From NCBI GenBank assembly GCA_003663355.1, contig QMZV01000002.1, forward strand, positions 1 through 52,169: 52,169 bases of DNA. Direction: 5' to 3'. Position 1 is the first letter of the stretch. Each line of letters opens with the position of its first letter. The translations under genes and the position numbers were made by a program. This DNA comes from Candidatus Aenigmatarchaeota archaeon. Its GTDB lineage: Archaea; Aenigmatarchaeota; Aenigmatarchaeia; QMZS01. The notes below the pieces were generated by a model. That model saw only the letters and a list, made by a program, of their open reading frames with translations. It was not told the origin of the DNA and searched no databases. Shown here piece by piece: positions 9,018 through 18,307 of the stretch.

Positions 9018-10796
9018 ATGAAGTTAAGATTTTTGTTGATTCTATCTATTGTTATATTCAGTTTAAGCCCTATTTTAGCATTAAAAGAGACAACAATATA
9101 TTTGCCTGCTGTTCAGGAGACGGAATACGGATATGAAGGTGCTCTTGCAACTTTAACAGTAAATATAAAAGAAGGAGAGGGACATGTTTATGTTGATACC
9201 TGGCCCCTAACGAAAATAGACACACAAGCCTCTGCAAGAATGGCAAAACAGGTTGCTTGCGATATTTTGAATTTAGACTGCTCAAATTATGATTTTTTTT
9301 ATATAATAAGGTCTGAAGCGCAGATTGTTGGAGGACCAAGCGGAGGAGCGGCTATGACAATTGCAACTTTAGCTTCTCTTCTCAATACCACAATAAATAA
9401 CAATGTTCTAATAACAGGAACAATAAATTTAGATGGTTCAATAGGTCCAGTGTCTGGAATTATGGAAAAAGCAGAAGCTGTTTCAAAAAAAGGAAATACT
9501 TTTTTAATACCTTATGGCCAATCTGTTATTAGTGTTGAGGAAACAAAAAAAGAAAAAATTGGTCCTTTAGTTATCCAGCAGAGTGCTCCAAAAAAATTAG
9601 ATATAATAAAATATGCAAAAGAGAATTTAAATTTAACAGTCAAAGAAGTTAAAACTGTTCAGGAGGCATTTAAATATTTCACAAATTATGAACTCAAAGT
9701 AAAAGAGGTGGAATTTAAAAGAACAGAAGAATATCAAAAGGTTATGAAAAAGTTGGCAGATGATTTGCTTAATCAATCAAATAAACTAAAAAAAGAATGC
9801 GAGGAAAAACTTAGTAATTCAAAAATAAGTTATGATTATGAAAAACAAGTTTCAAAACTTTGCAGTTTATCCCTAGATAAAGCAAGAGAAAATTATAATA
9901 AAGAAAATTATTATTCTGCTGCTTCTCTAGCCTTTTCAAATCTAATCTCTTATAGATACGGATTAAATTTAATAGATTTGTTAGAAAGCAAAAATAAGAA
10001 ATATTTTCTTAAAAATTATTTAAGAAATATAGAAAGCAGAATTTTTGATGTAAATACTTCAAACATAGAATTATATGCAATAATAGAAGAAAGAATCTCT
10101 GAAGTCCGTGAAAATCTTGAACTTGGCTGGAAAAATTATTATAATGAAAATTACATTCAAGGGATTTATTATGGTTCCTTTGCAGATTCCAGATTATATA
10201 CAGCAAACTTATGGAAGGAATATGCAGAAGAATTTCCAGTTTATATAGAAACAAAAGCAGACTTAAAAGAAATTTCAAATGATGTAATTTCAAAAGTTTC
10301 TTCTATTTTGACCTATATTTCATTCACAACATCAAATAAATTCTTGGATAAAGCTAATGATTTGCTAAATAAAGCAAAAGACAATTATAATTCTAAAAAC
10401 TATTATTCAGCAATCATACTTGGATTGAAGAGTGAAGCAAATGCAGAATTATCAGCAGAAGTTTTGCAAAAAGATAAAGATTATTTAATAGAGTTGCACA
10501 GAAAAAGGGCACTAATTTCACTAAACAAAACAAACTCTGTGATTGGTCAAAGCTATTTTGAATATGCAGAAACTTTAAAAAAAGATAACAAAGATGCTTC
10601 TTTAACCTATTATACTTATGCAGAAAAACTTTCAAGACTGAATAAACTATTAAATAAAGAGATTACATCTGAGAAAATAGAGCCAAAAGAATATTTATCT
10701 CCTGTTTCTTGCAATTATGAGAAAGCAATTCCTTTCTTTTTGATTTCTATTATTCTTTGTTTTATTGCTGGAATAATTGTAGGAAGATTTATATGA
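9018..10796 (+). CDS. Exported, C-terminally membrane-anchored S16 (Lon-type proteolytic domain) serine peptidase with a helical repeat region
   Basis: Signal-like N-terminus MKLRFLLILSIVIFSLSPILA; Lon catalytic Ser context GGPSGGAAMTIATL and Lys context SGIMEKAEA; three YNxxNYYSA-type repeats; C-terminal TM segment FFLISIILCFIAGIIVG. Confidence 0.65.
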   Translation: MKLRFLLILSIVIFSLSPILALKETTIYLPAVQETEYGYEGALATLTVNIKEGEGHVYVDTWPLTKIDTQASARMAKQVACDILNLDCSNYDFFYIIRSEAQIVGGPSGGAAMTIATLASLLNTTINNNVLITGTINLDGSIGPVSGIMEKAEAVSKKGNTFLIPYGQSVISVEETKKEKIGPLVIQQSAPKKLDIIKYAKENLNLTVKEVKTVQEAFKYFTNYELKVKEVEFKRTEEYQKVMKKLADDLLNQSNKLKKECEEKLSNSKISYDYEKQVSKLCSLSLDKARENYNKENYYSAASLAFSNLISYRYGLNLIDLLESKNKKYFLKNYLRNIESRIFDVNTSNIELYAIIEERISEVRENLELGWKNYYNENYIQGIYYGSFADSRLYTANLWKEYAEEFPVYIETKADLKEISNDVISKVSSILTYISFTTSNKFLDKANDLLNKAKDNYNSKNYYSAIILGLKSEANAELSAEVLQKDKDYLIELHRKRALISLNKTNSVIGQSYFEYAETLKKDNKDASLTYYTYAEKLSRLNKLLNKEITSEKIEPKEYLSPVSCNYEKAIPFFLISIILCFIAGIIVGRFI

Positions 10797-10879
10797 AACT
10801 GATAAGATTTGAAGGGAATCCGATTTTGAAGCTAATGAACTGCTGCTTCTATGAATTTTTACAATTATCTGAGTATTAA
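10793..10879 (+). pseudogene. 28-codon remnant resembling a GH130 N-terminus
   Basis: Own translation MKLIRFEGNPILKLMNCCFYEFLQLSEY. The start overlaps the protease stop (ATATGA). The NPIL motif matches the N-terminus of the convergent GH130 gene (KNPILTP). Confidence 0.25.
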
Positions 10880-10884
10880 AGAAT

Positions 10885-11829
10885 TTATTGTATTTTTATT
10901 TCAGCAACACCTATACTTTTATCTGCACCTCCATAATACAAAAGCCATTTCTTCTTAAAGTATACAAGACCTGTAGCGAAAATAACATTATTTACTTTCC
11001 CATATTTTTCCCAGTATTCTGTTGGTTTCAAAATTGGTTTTTCTGACCTAAAAAGAAGTTTTGTAGGATTATTTTTATCAAAAATAGCAAATCCAGGAGA
11101 ATAAGAAAGCCACTTTCTAATTCCTTCATAAGTTATCCTTGTTTTACGACTATTATAAATCATTAAAATTCCTTTTTCTGTTACAATTGGAGGCGGACCT
11201 CCTTCCACTAAAGAATCATCAAAATACCATTTTCTTGGTTTTAGAACAGGTTTTTCTATTATTTCCCAGTTTTTCAAATTTCTGGATAAAGCCATTTTAA
11301 TTACACCTTCGCCAAAATACATCACATATTTTCCTTTGTATTTGTAATCTTGAACTATTGCTCCTGCTTTCGCATTTGTATCAGGACCGGACATCTTTTT
11401 GGAAATCAAAGTTCCTGTTTTCTTCCAGTGAATAAGGTCTTTTGAGAATGCACCACAAAGACTTACGGGCCCATCTTTTGGAATGGCAGTATATGTTAAG
11501 AAAAACATGTTATTTATTCTAATAATCCTTGGATCTTCACTACCTCTTTTTTCTGTCTTTGTAAGTTTTTTTCCTTTATTTATAACAGGATTATTTTTGT
11601 AGCGTTTAAATCTGAAACCATCCTCACTCCAGGCAAGACCAATACGGGAAATATAATTATTATAATATAAATCCTCCGCCCTATAAAGCAAAAATACTTT
11701 TTTATCTTTTACTATTGCCGCTGGATTGAACACACAAGCGGTTTCAAAACTTTTCTCTTTTAAAACAGGTGTTAATATTGGATTTTTTGAATATTTTTTT
11801 GCTTCTACACTTACTCTGATTTTTGTCAT
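10885..11829 (-). CDS. GH130 family glycoside phosphorylase/hydrolase (DUF377-type beta-propeller)
   Basis: NPILTP..., CVFNPAAI, EDPRI, YGGADKSIGVA pattern typical of GH130 mannoside phosphorylases. Confidence 0.7.
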   Translation of the reverse strand: MTKIRVSVEAKKYSKNPILTPVLKEKSFETACVFNPAAIVKDKKVFLLYRAEDLYYNNYISRIGLAWSEDGFRFKRYKNNPVINKGKKLTKTEKRGSEDPRIIRINNMFFLTYTAIPKDGPVSLCGAFSKDLIHWKKTGTLISKKMSGPDTNAKAGAIVQDYKYKGKYVMYFGEGVIKMALSRNLKNWEIIEKPVLKPRKWYFDDSLVEGGPPPIVTEKGILMIYNSRKTRITYEGIRKWLSYSPGFAIFDKNNPTKLLFRSEKPILKPTEYWEKYGKVNNVIFATGLVYFKKKWLLYYGGADKSIGVAEIKIQ

Positions 11830-11879
11830 AATTAAATAAAAAATTATATCGGTAGTTTGTGTCGCTACAGCAGATATTT

Positions 11880-12863
11880 CTAAGCTGTTGCCATGAGTTT
11901 TTTAAATTTTTCAATAATCTCTACTTTGTTTGGATCTATCTTGTATTCTAAAGCTAAATAATAGGAAATCCAATCAGATAGAAGAATTGTATTAAAAATT
12001 CTTGTTAAAATATCTCCTTCAGGTATATCTATTATCAAAACTTCTATTTTTTTTGATTTTAGTAATTTGGCAGTAATTTCAATTCTCTTTAGCATTCTCG
12101 GATGATCTTCTAAATCACGCAGAATTATAATGAAAAAGTTAAAAAGAGGATTCTTCCATCCGTTCATCTCATTATGATTAAGTTCTGAAAAATAATTTGT
12201 GAAAGCTGGAACTTTTGAATTTTCATTGAATTTTATTTTCCAGATATAACCAAGAGATTTAAATTTGTCTGGAGTGTAAATAATCGGAATCTTCTTGAAT
12301 AATCTTTTTGCTATCTTCTTTCCTTTATTTTCCAAACTTTTTGGTTTTAATTTTTTTTCCAAACCCAATATTTCTAAAATTTGTTTTTTCTTTATTAAAC
12401 CAATCTTAAATAGAATTCCTGCCAATGCAGAGAAAATGTAACCAGTTGCCATTCTTGGCTGCAAACCAGATGGAATGAGAATTAGAGGGGTTTTGTTTTT
12501 TTCGGAGAGTTCCTTCAATTTTCCTCCAGAAGTTATTGCTATTGAGAATAACTTTCTTTCAATCGCCTCTTCATAAGAATAAATTGGTTCTTCGGTATTT
12601 CCAGAATAAGAAGAGAAAATTAACAATGTTTTTTTATTTGTTTGAGGTGGAAGATTGTAAGTTCTGTTTATATATACAGGGATTTTTAGATTAAGCCAAG
12701 TAGTTAAAATATCGGTTGGCCATGCGCTTCCTCCCATCCCAGAAACAACAATATTTTCAAACTTTTTTTTTATTTTAATATTCTTGGCAGCTTCCAGTCC
12801 GACTTTAAACTGTTTTGGGAAATTTAAAATATCCTCTCGCATAGATTTATCTATTCTCTCCAT
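11880..12863 (-). CDS. Bifunctional phosphoglucose/phosphomannose isomerase (archaeal PGI/PMI, SIS domain)
   Basis: VVSGMGGSAWPTDIL and FSSYSGNTEE SIS motifs; C-terminal ELNHNEMNGW matches the PGI/PMI family. Confidence 0.8.
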   Translation of the reverse strand: MERIDKSMREDILNFPKQFKVGLEAAKNIKIKKKFENIVVSGMGGSAWPTDILTTWLNLKIPVYINRTYNLPPQTNKKTLLIFSSYSGNTEEPIYSYEEAIERKLFSIAITSGGKLKELSEKNKTPLILIPSGLQPRMATGYIFSALAGILFKIGLIKKKQILEILGLEKKLKPKSLENKGKKIAKRLFKKIPIIYTPDKFKSLGYIWKIKFNENSKVPAFTNYFSELNHNEMNGWKNPLFNFFIIILRDLEDHPRMLKRIEITAKLLKSKKIEVLIIDIPEGDILTRIFNTILLSDWISYYLALEYKIDPNKVEIIEKFKKLMATA

Positions 12864-13077
12864 AACAAGATATTTAAATTTCTTTTAATTCTGCTGAGTA
12901 ACAGAAAAAATTAGTCATTCTCTTTTATAAAATTTCAATTTTTTTATTTTATTTTCTGACAACTCCAACCAAACATTCACATAAGAACCGAATCCCGCAT
13001 TTATGCAAGTTGTTTCTCCAATTTTGCATTTCCCAAAATTTTCGTGTATGTTCCATACGATTCAGAAAAACAATCTT

Positions 13078-14271
13078 TTATACACATTTTGATCTGTAAA
13101 CCTGCTTGAGGGTTTGTCTTTTTTTACTTAATCTATAATTATTATTTTCTTTTATAATTATTGGCGGTAATAAATCACCATAATTTGCTGACCATGACCA
13201 AGTATATGCTCCTGTATTTCTTACTAAAACAATATCTCCTTCTTTTAATTTTGGGAACTTAACCCTTTTTTGAATAATATCTGCACTATAACTAATACGC
13301 CCACCAAAATTATATACTTCGGTTTTTACAGATTTATCAACTGGTTCAACTTTATATTTTGCTGTATTTAGTGGAACAAGATAATTAGCACTTATATCTA
13401 ACAACACCCATTTATCATTTTGTTCTTTTATTGAAATCACCTTGCTTATAACATAACAAGCATCTTCAACAATATAACGACCTGGTTCAAAAATTAATGT
13501 CTGATTTGAATTGTTTTGTTTCATAATTTTGTGAATCTCATTTGCGAAATCTGTTATTGACAACCCGTTTTCATTTAAAGTTGTCTCTGAAGCATAACCA
13601 CCACCCAAATCAATATATTTTATATTGATGTTCAAATCATTTTTTAATTCTCTTGAAAAGTTCAAAAGATATTGTAATGCCTGTGCATGTGCCTTTATAT
13701 CTATTATCTGTGTTCCAATATTAACATGTAATGCTTTTAGATTAATGTGCTTATAGTTCCTAAGGTTTTCAATTAATTTTTTGGCATATTTTTTCTTTAT
13801 TCCAAGTTTTGTATTCCCTATAAAAGTGCTTTTAAAATCTATTTTTGGATTTATTCTTATACCAATATCAACCTTTTTATCAAGTTTAAGGGCTATTTTT
13901 TCAATTTTATCCAATTCTGTTTCTGAATCAACTATGATTAAAAAAGCATTATTTTTAATAGCTTTTTCTAATTCTTCTTCTGTTTTAGCAGGACCATTAA
14001 ATATAACCTTGCTTAAATCACCACCGCTTCTTTTTGAAAACTCATAATCAATATCACATATTACTTCTGGATAAACCTTCTGTTCAAATAATTTTTTCAA
14101 TATTTCAGAATAATAATTTGTTTTTACCGAATATCCTATTATTATATTTTGTTCTTTTTTGAAAGCATTTCTAAATCTCTGTAAATTTTCTATAATTTTA
14201 TTCAAGTCTATAAGAAAAATTGGAGTTCCATATTTTTTGGCTAAATAGAGTATATCAGATTTATCTTCCAT
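13078..14271 (-). CDS. PLP-dependent Orn/DAP/Arg decarboxylase family enzyme (alanine-racemase fold)
   Basis: GYSVKTNY (PLP lysine), IDLGGGYAS and FEPGRYIV motifs; 397 aa. Substrate cannot be assigned from sequence alone. Confidence 0.8.
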   Translation of the reverse strand: MEDKSDILYLAKKYGTPIFLIDLNKIIENLQRFRNAFKKEQNIIIGYSVKTNYYSEILKKLFEQKVYPEVICDIDYEFSKRSGGDLSKVIFNGPAKTEEELEKAIKNNAFLIIVDSETELDKIEKIALKLDKKVDIGIRINPKIDFKSTFIGNTKLGIKKKYAKKLIENLRNYKHINLKALHVNIGTQIIDIKAHAQALQYLLNFSRELKNDLNINIKYIDLGGGYASETTLNENGLSITDFANEIHKIMKQNNSNQTLIFEPGRYIVEDACYVISKVISIKEQNDKWVLLDISANYLVPLNTAKYKVEPVDKSVKTEVYNFGGRISYSADIIQKRVKFPKLKEGDIVLVRNTGAYTWSWSANYGDLLPPIIIKENNNYRLSKKRQTLKQVYRSKCV

Positions 14272-14298
14272 GTTATAAATAAGCAGTTTAACTTATTT

Positions 14299-15012
14299 AT
14301 GGAACACCTTGGTGAATATCGCCATAGAATTGACAAAAAAACAAAGAAAATCTTTATAAAATATTTTAAACAAGCTCTCTCTAAAGTTGATGTAAGTAAG
14401 TTTGGATTTGTTGGTATTTTGGGTTCGGTAAAAGAAAAATATTCACATGATATTGATGTCTTGATTTTTCCTTCTAAAGATGCAAAGATAGGAGAATCTA
14501 TTAAAGAAATGGCTAAACTTTATAAAAAAGTTGATGAATTATTAAAAGCTCATCATGAAAGATATTATGTCGTTTGGTGTCCAAAAAAAGTCATACAAGA
14601 AATGATGTATTACTTATCTAGTCTTGAAGAAGGAGGTGCTGGATTAATTCCCGTACATTCTCTGTTTTTTACAGATTATGTCTCATTTAAAAAATTCAAC
14701 CCAAAATCCTTTGAAAAAGAGATTAAGAAAAATATGATTACTCTATATGGTAGGTTTGAAATAATTAAAGAATTAAAAGTTTATCCTTCTGAAAAAATTG
14801 AACCTTATTTCTTTATTCTTGAATACGCAATGTGTTCAAAAATCAAAACATTTCCAAGACATCTTATACGTTCTAGTACAGAATCCTTGCTCACCTATCT
14901 TAAAGACAAATACAAATTGCCAATCAAAAAAACAAAAATTCATAATGTCGCCGAAATTGAACCTGAGCTTGCTAAATGTGTGAAAATGCTTGATGATAAA
15001 TTGTATAAATAA
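14299..15012 (+). CDS. Pol-beta-superfamily nucleotidyltransferase-domain protein
   Basis: GILGSVKEKYSHDIDVLIF fits the hG[GS]x9-13DhD minimal nucleotidyltransferase motif. The rest is unassigned. Confidence 0.45.
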   Translation: MEHLGEYRHRIDKKTKKIFIKYFKQALSKVDVSKFGFVGILGSVKEKYSHDIDVLIFPSKDAKIGESIKEMAKLYKKVDELLKAHHERYYVVWCPKKVIQEMMYYLSSLEEGGAGLIPVHSLFFTDYVSFKKFNPKSFEKEIKKNMITLYGRFEIIKELKVYPSEKIEPYFFILEYAMCSKIKTFPRHLIRSSTESLLTYLKDKYKLPIKKTKIHNVAEIEPELAKCVKMLDDKLYK

Positions 15013-15033
15013 TAATTATTTCAAGGGTATTAT

Positions 15034-15858
15034 ATGGAAATAGGTTTTTTTACTTTGCCTGAAAAAATTTGGAATGAGAAGAAAGGAAAGTTTGTGAATA
15101 ACAAATTATATTCTTGGGATGAATTAGAAGAATTTAGAGAGAAGAACAAATTTAATTACATAGAATTTATGATTGAACATATGTACTACTACAATACTCT
15201 GAACCAAAAACCAAAATCCTGTAAGATATGCCATTTATCTTTACTTGACACACCTTTATTGCATAAAGAGAATTTTGAGTTTGTGTGCAAGTTTTACAAA
15301 ATGCAGATTTTAAAATATAAAAAATGGTTTAAAATTTTTGATATACATTTACCATATAGATGGCTTTTTGTTCCGAAAAAAGTCTATTTAGAAAGAATTG
15401 AAAATTTTGCCAAATTTTTGGAAAAACTTGCAAAAGAGAAAAAAGTAGAAATTCTATTAGAAAATGAATTGCATTCTTATGAAGAGTTCTTAGTTCTAAC
15501 TGAAAGAGATTATAAAAATTTGGGCATTACTTTTGATTTGGGTCATGCTTATATGTCTTATGTAACAAAGAGATGCAAAATACATCCATTTAAATTCTTT
15601 AATAAAATTTTTGATAAAGTAGAGAACATTCACTTAATGGATTCGCACAGAAACTGGAAAATTCACCATGAACATTTATCTCTTGGTAAGGGTTCTTTAC
15701 CAATTAAAAAATTTTTAAGTATTCTTGACCATAAAGGATATGATAAAATGCTTACTTTAGAAATGTTAAAAATTAATGATATTAAAGAAAGTAGAAAATA
15801 CATTCAACATAGCTTTAACCACTTTAAACCACTTATCTATGGAACAAATGCAACATAA
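15034..15858 (+). CDS. Xylose-isomerase-like TIM-barrel protein (sugar phosphate isomerase/epimerase / AP endonuclease 2 fold)
   Basis: ILLENELHS, ITFDLGHAY, NIHLMDSH and MLTLEM metal-ligand-like motifs in the order typical for this fold. Confidence 0.6.
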   Translation: MEIGFFTLPEKIWNEKKGKFVNNKLYSWDELEEFREKNKFNYIEFMIEHMYYYNTLNQKPKSCKICHLSLLDTPLLHKENFEFVCKFYKMQILKYKKWFKIFDIHLPYRWLFVPKKVYLERIENFAKFLEKLAKEKKVEILLENELHSYEEFLVLTERDYKNLGITFDLGHAYMSYVTKRCKIHPFKFFNKIFDKVENIHLMDSHRNWKIHHEHLSLGKGSLPIKKFLSILDHKGYDKMLTLEMLKINDIKESRKYIQHSFNHFKPLIYGTNAT

Positions 15859-16227
15859 AAAAAGGATGAAAAAACATATTTTTGACGAGCCAAGATTAGA
15901 AGCAATTTTTAGGTTGGCACAAGAAAGAGATATCTTTAAAGATGTTAAAAAAGACTGGTAATTAAAATTGTATCTTGCTTAAAAATGGATTTCTTAATAG
16001 GAGCAGAGTTTTTAGAGAAAGGTTTAAGAGTTGTGGTAAGAAGAAATAAGAATTTTATAAATACTTCAAAGTATATATATAGAAGAAAAAGTCAAGTTTG
16101 AGGATTTTCCAAAATTCAGGGAGCCTGAACTGGAAAAATTATGGAGAGAAGTTGCTAAAAGGGATATATTCAGACATTTAAAAGATTGGAAAGACTAATT
16201 TTCACTAAATTAATTCTTTTGTATGCC

Positions 16228-16500
16228 TTATTTTAATTTATATTGTTCTTCTATTTTCTTATTGTGTAATAATTCATTATCCAATGTTACTAAAGTCGCC
16301 TTATCTTCAATAGCACTTGCAAGAATTAACGCATCAGTTTCTTTTACCCTTTCGTCAATTTTTGTTAACAGGTAAACTTAAATCTTTAAGAGATTTTTAT
16401 ATTCTGCAAATTCAAAAACCCATCTGAAAAATAATTCTCTTTCTGTTTCCTCTTTTATAGAGTGTAATTATCCTTTTTTTAAAATTGTGTTTACAAGCTA
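16228..16500 (-). pseudogene. Decayed PIN-domain (VapC-like) toxin gene with in-frame stops and no start
   Basis: Own minus-strand translation in one frame: LVNTILKKG*LHSIKEETERELFFRWVFEFAEYKNLLKI*VYLLTKIDERVKETDALILASAIEDKATLVTLDNELLHNKKIEEQYKLK*. The DALILASAIE....LVTLD segment is a typical PIN C-terminal half. The reading frame ends at the left direct repeat. Confidence 0.5.
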
Positions 16501-16508
16501 ATAGATTT

Positions 16509-16572
16509 GTCTCTTTGTGGTCGAAAAACCGACTAAATTCTTGTAAAAATGGTCGGAAATTCGACTAAAATT
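16509..16572 (+). repeat. Direct repeat, left copy (64 bp) with twin GTCG-N6-CGAC dyads
   Basis: gtctctTtgtGGTCGAAAAACCGACTAAAttcttgtaaaaatGGTCGGAAATTCGACTAAAatt. It is identical to 17768-17831 except for 2 mismatches, at an offset of exactly 1259 bp. Confidence 0.9.
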
Positions 16573-16592
16573 ATATAAAAACTAATAATATA

Positions 16593-17795
16593 ATGGTGAA
16601 TGTAAATGAGATGAGAAAGATAGCGATAAGATTGGGAGAGAATGTAAAAAGTTTTACTCCAAGATTTGTTTTTCAGGAGATTAAGAAAAGGTTAAAAAAA
16701 GAGCCGAGGATAAAATTAATAAGAGGATTTAGAGGTTCTGGAAAAACAACTTTGCTTTTGCAAATCTTCAATGAGTACAGAAATGAAGCTTTTTATCTTT
16801 CAGCCGATAATCCACTAATAGCAAAAGAAAATCTATATTCTGTGATGAAAGATATTATTTCCTCTGGAAGCAGAATTTTGCTTATAGATGAAATTCATAA
16901 ATATCCGGAATGGAGGAGAGATGTAAAAGCTGTCTATGATGAATATCCTGAAGTTGTAATTATTTGCTCTGGGAGCGCCCCTCTTGCGTTTATACCTGAA
17001 AGAAGGGAAGAAGTTATAGAAGTTGAACCAATGAGTTTTGATGAATTTCTAAAATTAAAGTACGGAATAACCATAAGAACAAAGAATGAGTGGAGAAGCG
17101 AGGAAAAAAGCATGGAACTTATTGCTAAATACTCACCAAAAATAGAGGCATATTTCAGAGAATATATAGAAACAGGAGGTTTTCCAATTTCAATTAGTTA
17201 TGATGAAACAAGTGCGAAAAAAGCAATATTTTATTCTATAAAGAAATCTGTTTACGAGGATTCAATCTCATTGCTTAAAATGTCGCAAGAAAAGGTTTTT
17301 GCAATGAACAAGATTCTTGTGTTTCTATCTTCTTCTGAGCCAGGAGAGTTAAGCATAAACAATATCTGCTCATTCACAGAGATATCTAAATCTTCTGTTT
17401 ATGAAATTCTTGATGCTCTTGAAAAAATGAGAATTATAAGAATACTCCAACCCTATGCTAAGGGGGGGAAGCTTATAAGGGGTTCTCCAAAAATGCTGTT
17501 TTATCATCCTAACTTAAGAGTTAGTATATGTAGTGAAATTGGAATAGAACCTTCTATAGGCTCCATAAGGGAAGAACTTGTTGTTTTTCTCTTTTCCTTA
17601 AAGGGAGCAAAGGTTTTTACCATAAAAGAAAGGAAAAAGTCCCCAGATTACTATATTTCAAAGCCTATAGACATTTTTGTTGAAATAGGAGGGAAAGGAA
17701 AGAGTAAAGAGCAGTTAAAAGGATTTAGAAAATCTCTTGTATTGAAGCCAGATCAGCTCATTGCTCTGTCTCTCTGTGGTCGAAAAACCGACTAA
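16593..17795 (+). CDS. AAA+ ATPase of the AAA_14/DUF4143 type with C-terminal wHTH-like region
   Basis: Walker A GFRGSGKTTLL, Walker B LLIDEIHKY, then ETGGFP and a wHTH-like ISKSSVYEILDALEKMRII. The last 9 codons and the stop lie inside the right direct repeat. Confidence 0.8.
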   Translation: MVNVNEMRKIAIRLGENVKSFTPRFVFQEIKKRLKKEPRIKLIRGFRGSGKTTLLLQIFNEYRNEAFYLSADNPLIAKENLYSVMKDIISSGSRILLIDEIHKYPEWRRDVKAVYDEYPEVVIICSGSAPLAFIPERREEVIEVEPMSFDEFLKLKYGITIRTKNEWRSEEKSMELIAKYSPKIEAYFREYIETGGFPISISYDETSAKKAIFYSIKKSVYEDSISLLKMSQEKVFAMNKILVFLSSSEPGELSINNICSFTEISKSSVYEILDALEKMRIIRILQPYAKGGKLIRGSPKMLFYHPNLRVSICSEIGIEPSIGSIREELVVFLFSLKGAKVFTIKERKKSPDYYISKPIDIFVEIGGKGKSKEQLKGFRKSLVLKPDQLIALSLCGRKTD

Positions 17796-17831
17796 ATTCT
17801 TGTAAAAATGGTCGGAAATTCGACTAAACTT
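17768..17831 (+). repeat. Direct repeat, right copy (64 bp)
   Basis: See 16509-16572. This copy encodes the ATPase C-terminus LSLCGRKTD* plus 36 bp downstream. Confidence 0.9.
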
Positions 17832-18006
17832 TCTATAATTAACTCAAAACTTTTATTTATCACAATTGCAAAATTTCGCTTAATTTTGGATTTTTTATTC
17901 TTCAAGGTCTGAATTTATCAGGGTAAAACTCAGGGAAATTCTGGAAAAAGATTATTGATTCTCTATTGTTTAGAAATTTCTTATATTTATTTGTTCTCTG
18001 TAATTT

Positions 18007-18294
18007 ATGAAAATCTTTATTAAAAAACCAACGGGTTACAATCATTATTGTGATGGAAAATTTGATGAGTATTTGGAAAAACTTCTAATATCTTTCGGTT
18101 TTGGAAAAGATGAATATAAAATTGGAGTTCCACATAATTTAACTCTTTATGGTGGTCTTGTGGAGGGAAATACTTGTATTTTGATTTTGGATGAAAGGGA
18201 AAGAGAAGGAAAAAATATTAAAGGTTTGTTAGAAGAGATTTTAAAGTATAAAAAAATATTTCAATGGGAGATAAAGAGATGGTATGAGGTGTAG
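18007..18294 (+). CDS. Hypothetical protein (95 aa)
   Basis: Intergenic-sized ORF with balanced composition and no motif recognised. Confidence 0.45.
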   Translation: MKIFIKKPTGYNHYCDGKFDEYLEKLLISFGFGKDEYKIGVPHNLTLYGGLVEGNTCILILDEREREGKNIKGLLEEILKYKKIFQWEIKRWYEV

Positions 18295-18307
18295 TAAAAT
18301 GTATCAA

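Noticed and set aside
12959-13066. 35-codon minus-strand ORF (MEHTRKFWEMQNWRNNLHKCGIRFLCECLVGVVRK) between the PGI/PMI and decarboxylase genes
   Set aside because: It is very short, has no motif and no coupling signal, and lies in the 3' flank of the decarboxylase gene. It cannot be distinguished from chance.
15776-15961. Track ORF 15776..15961 (+) as a real gene
   Set aside because: Its first half overlaps the end of the TIM-barrel gene in another frame. Only the last 31 codons (from ATG 15866) are independent, and these are treated as part of a decayed patch rather than a confident CDS.
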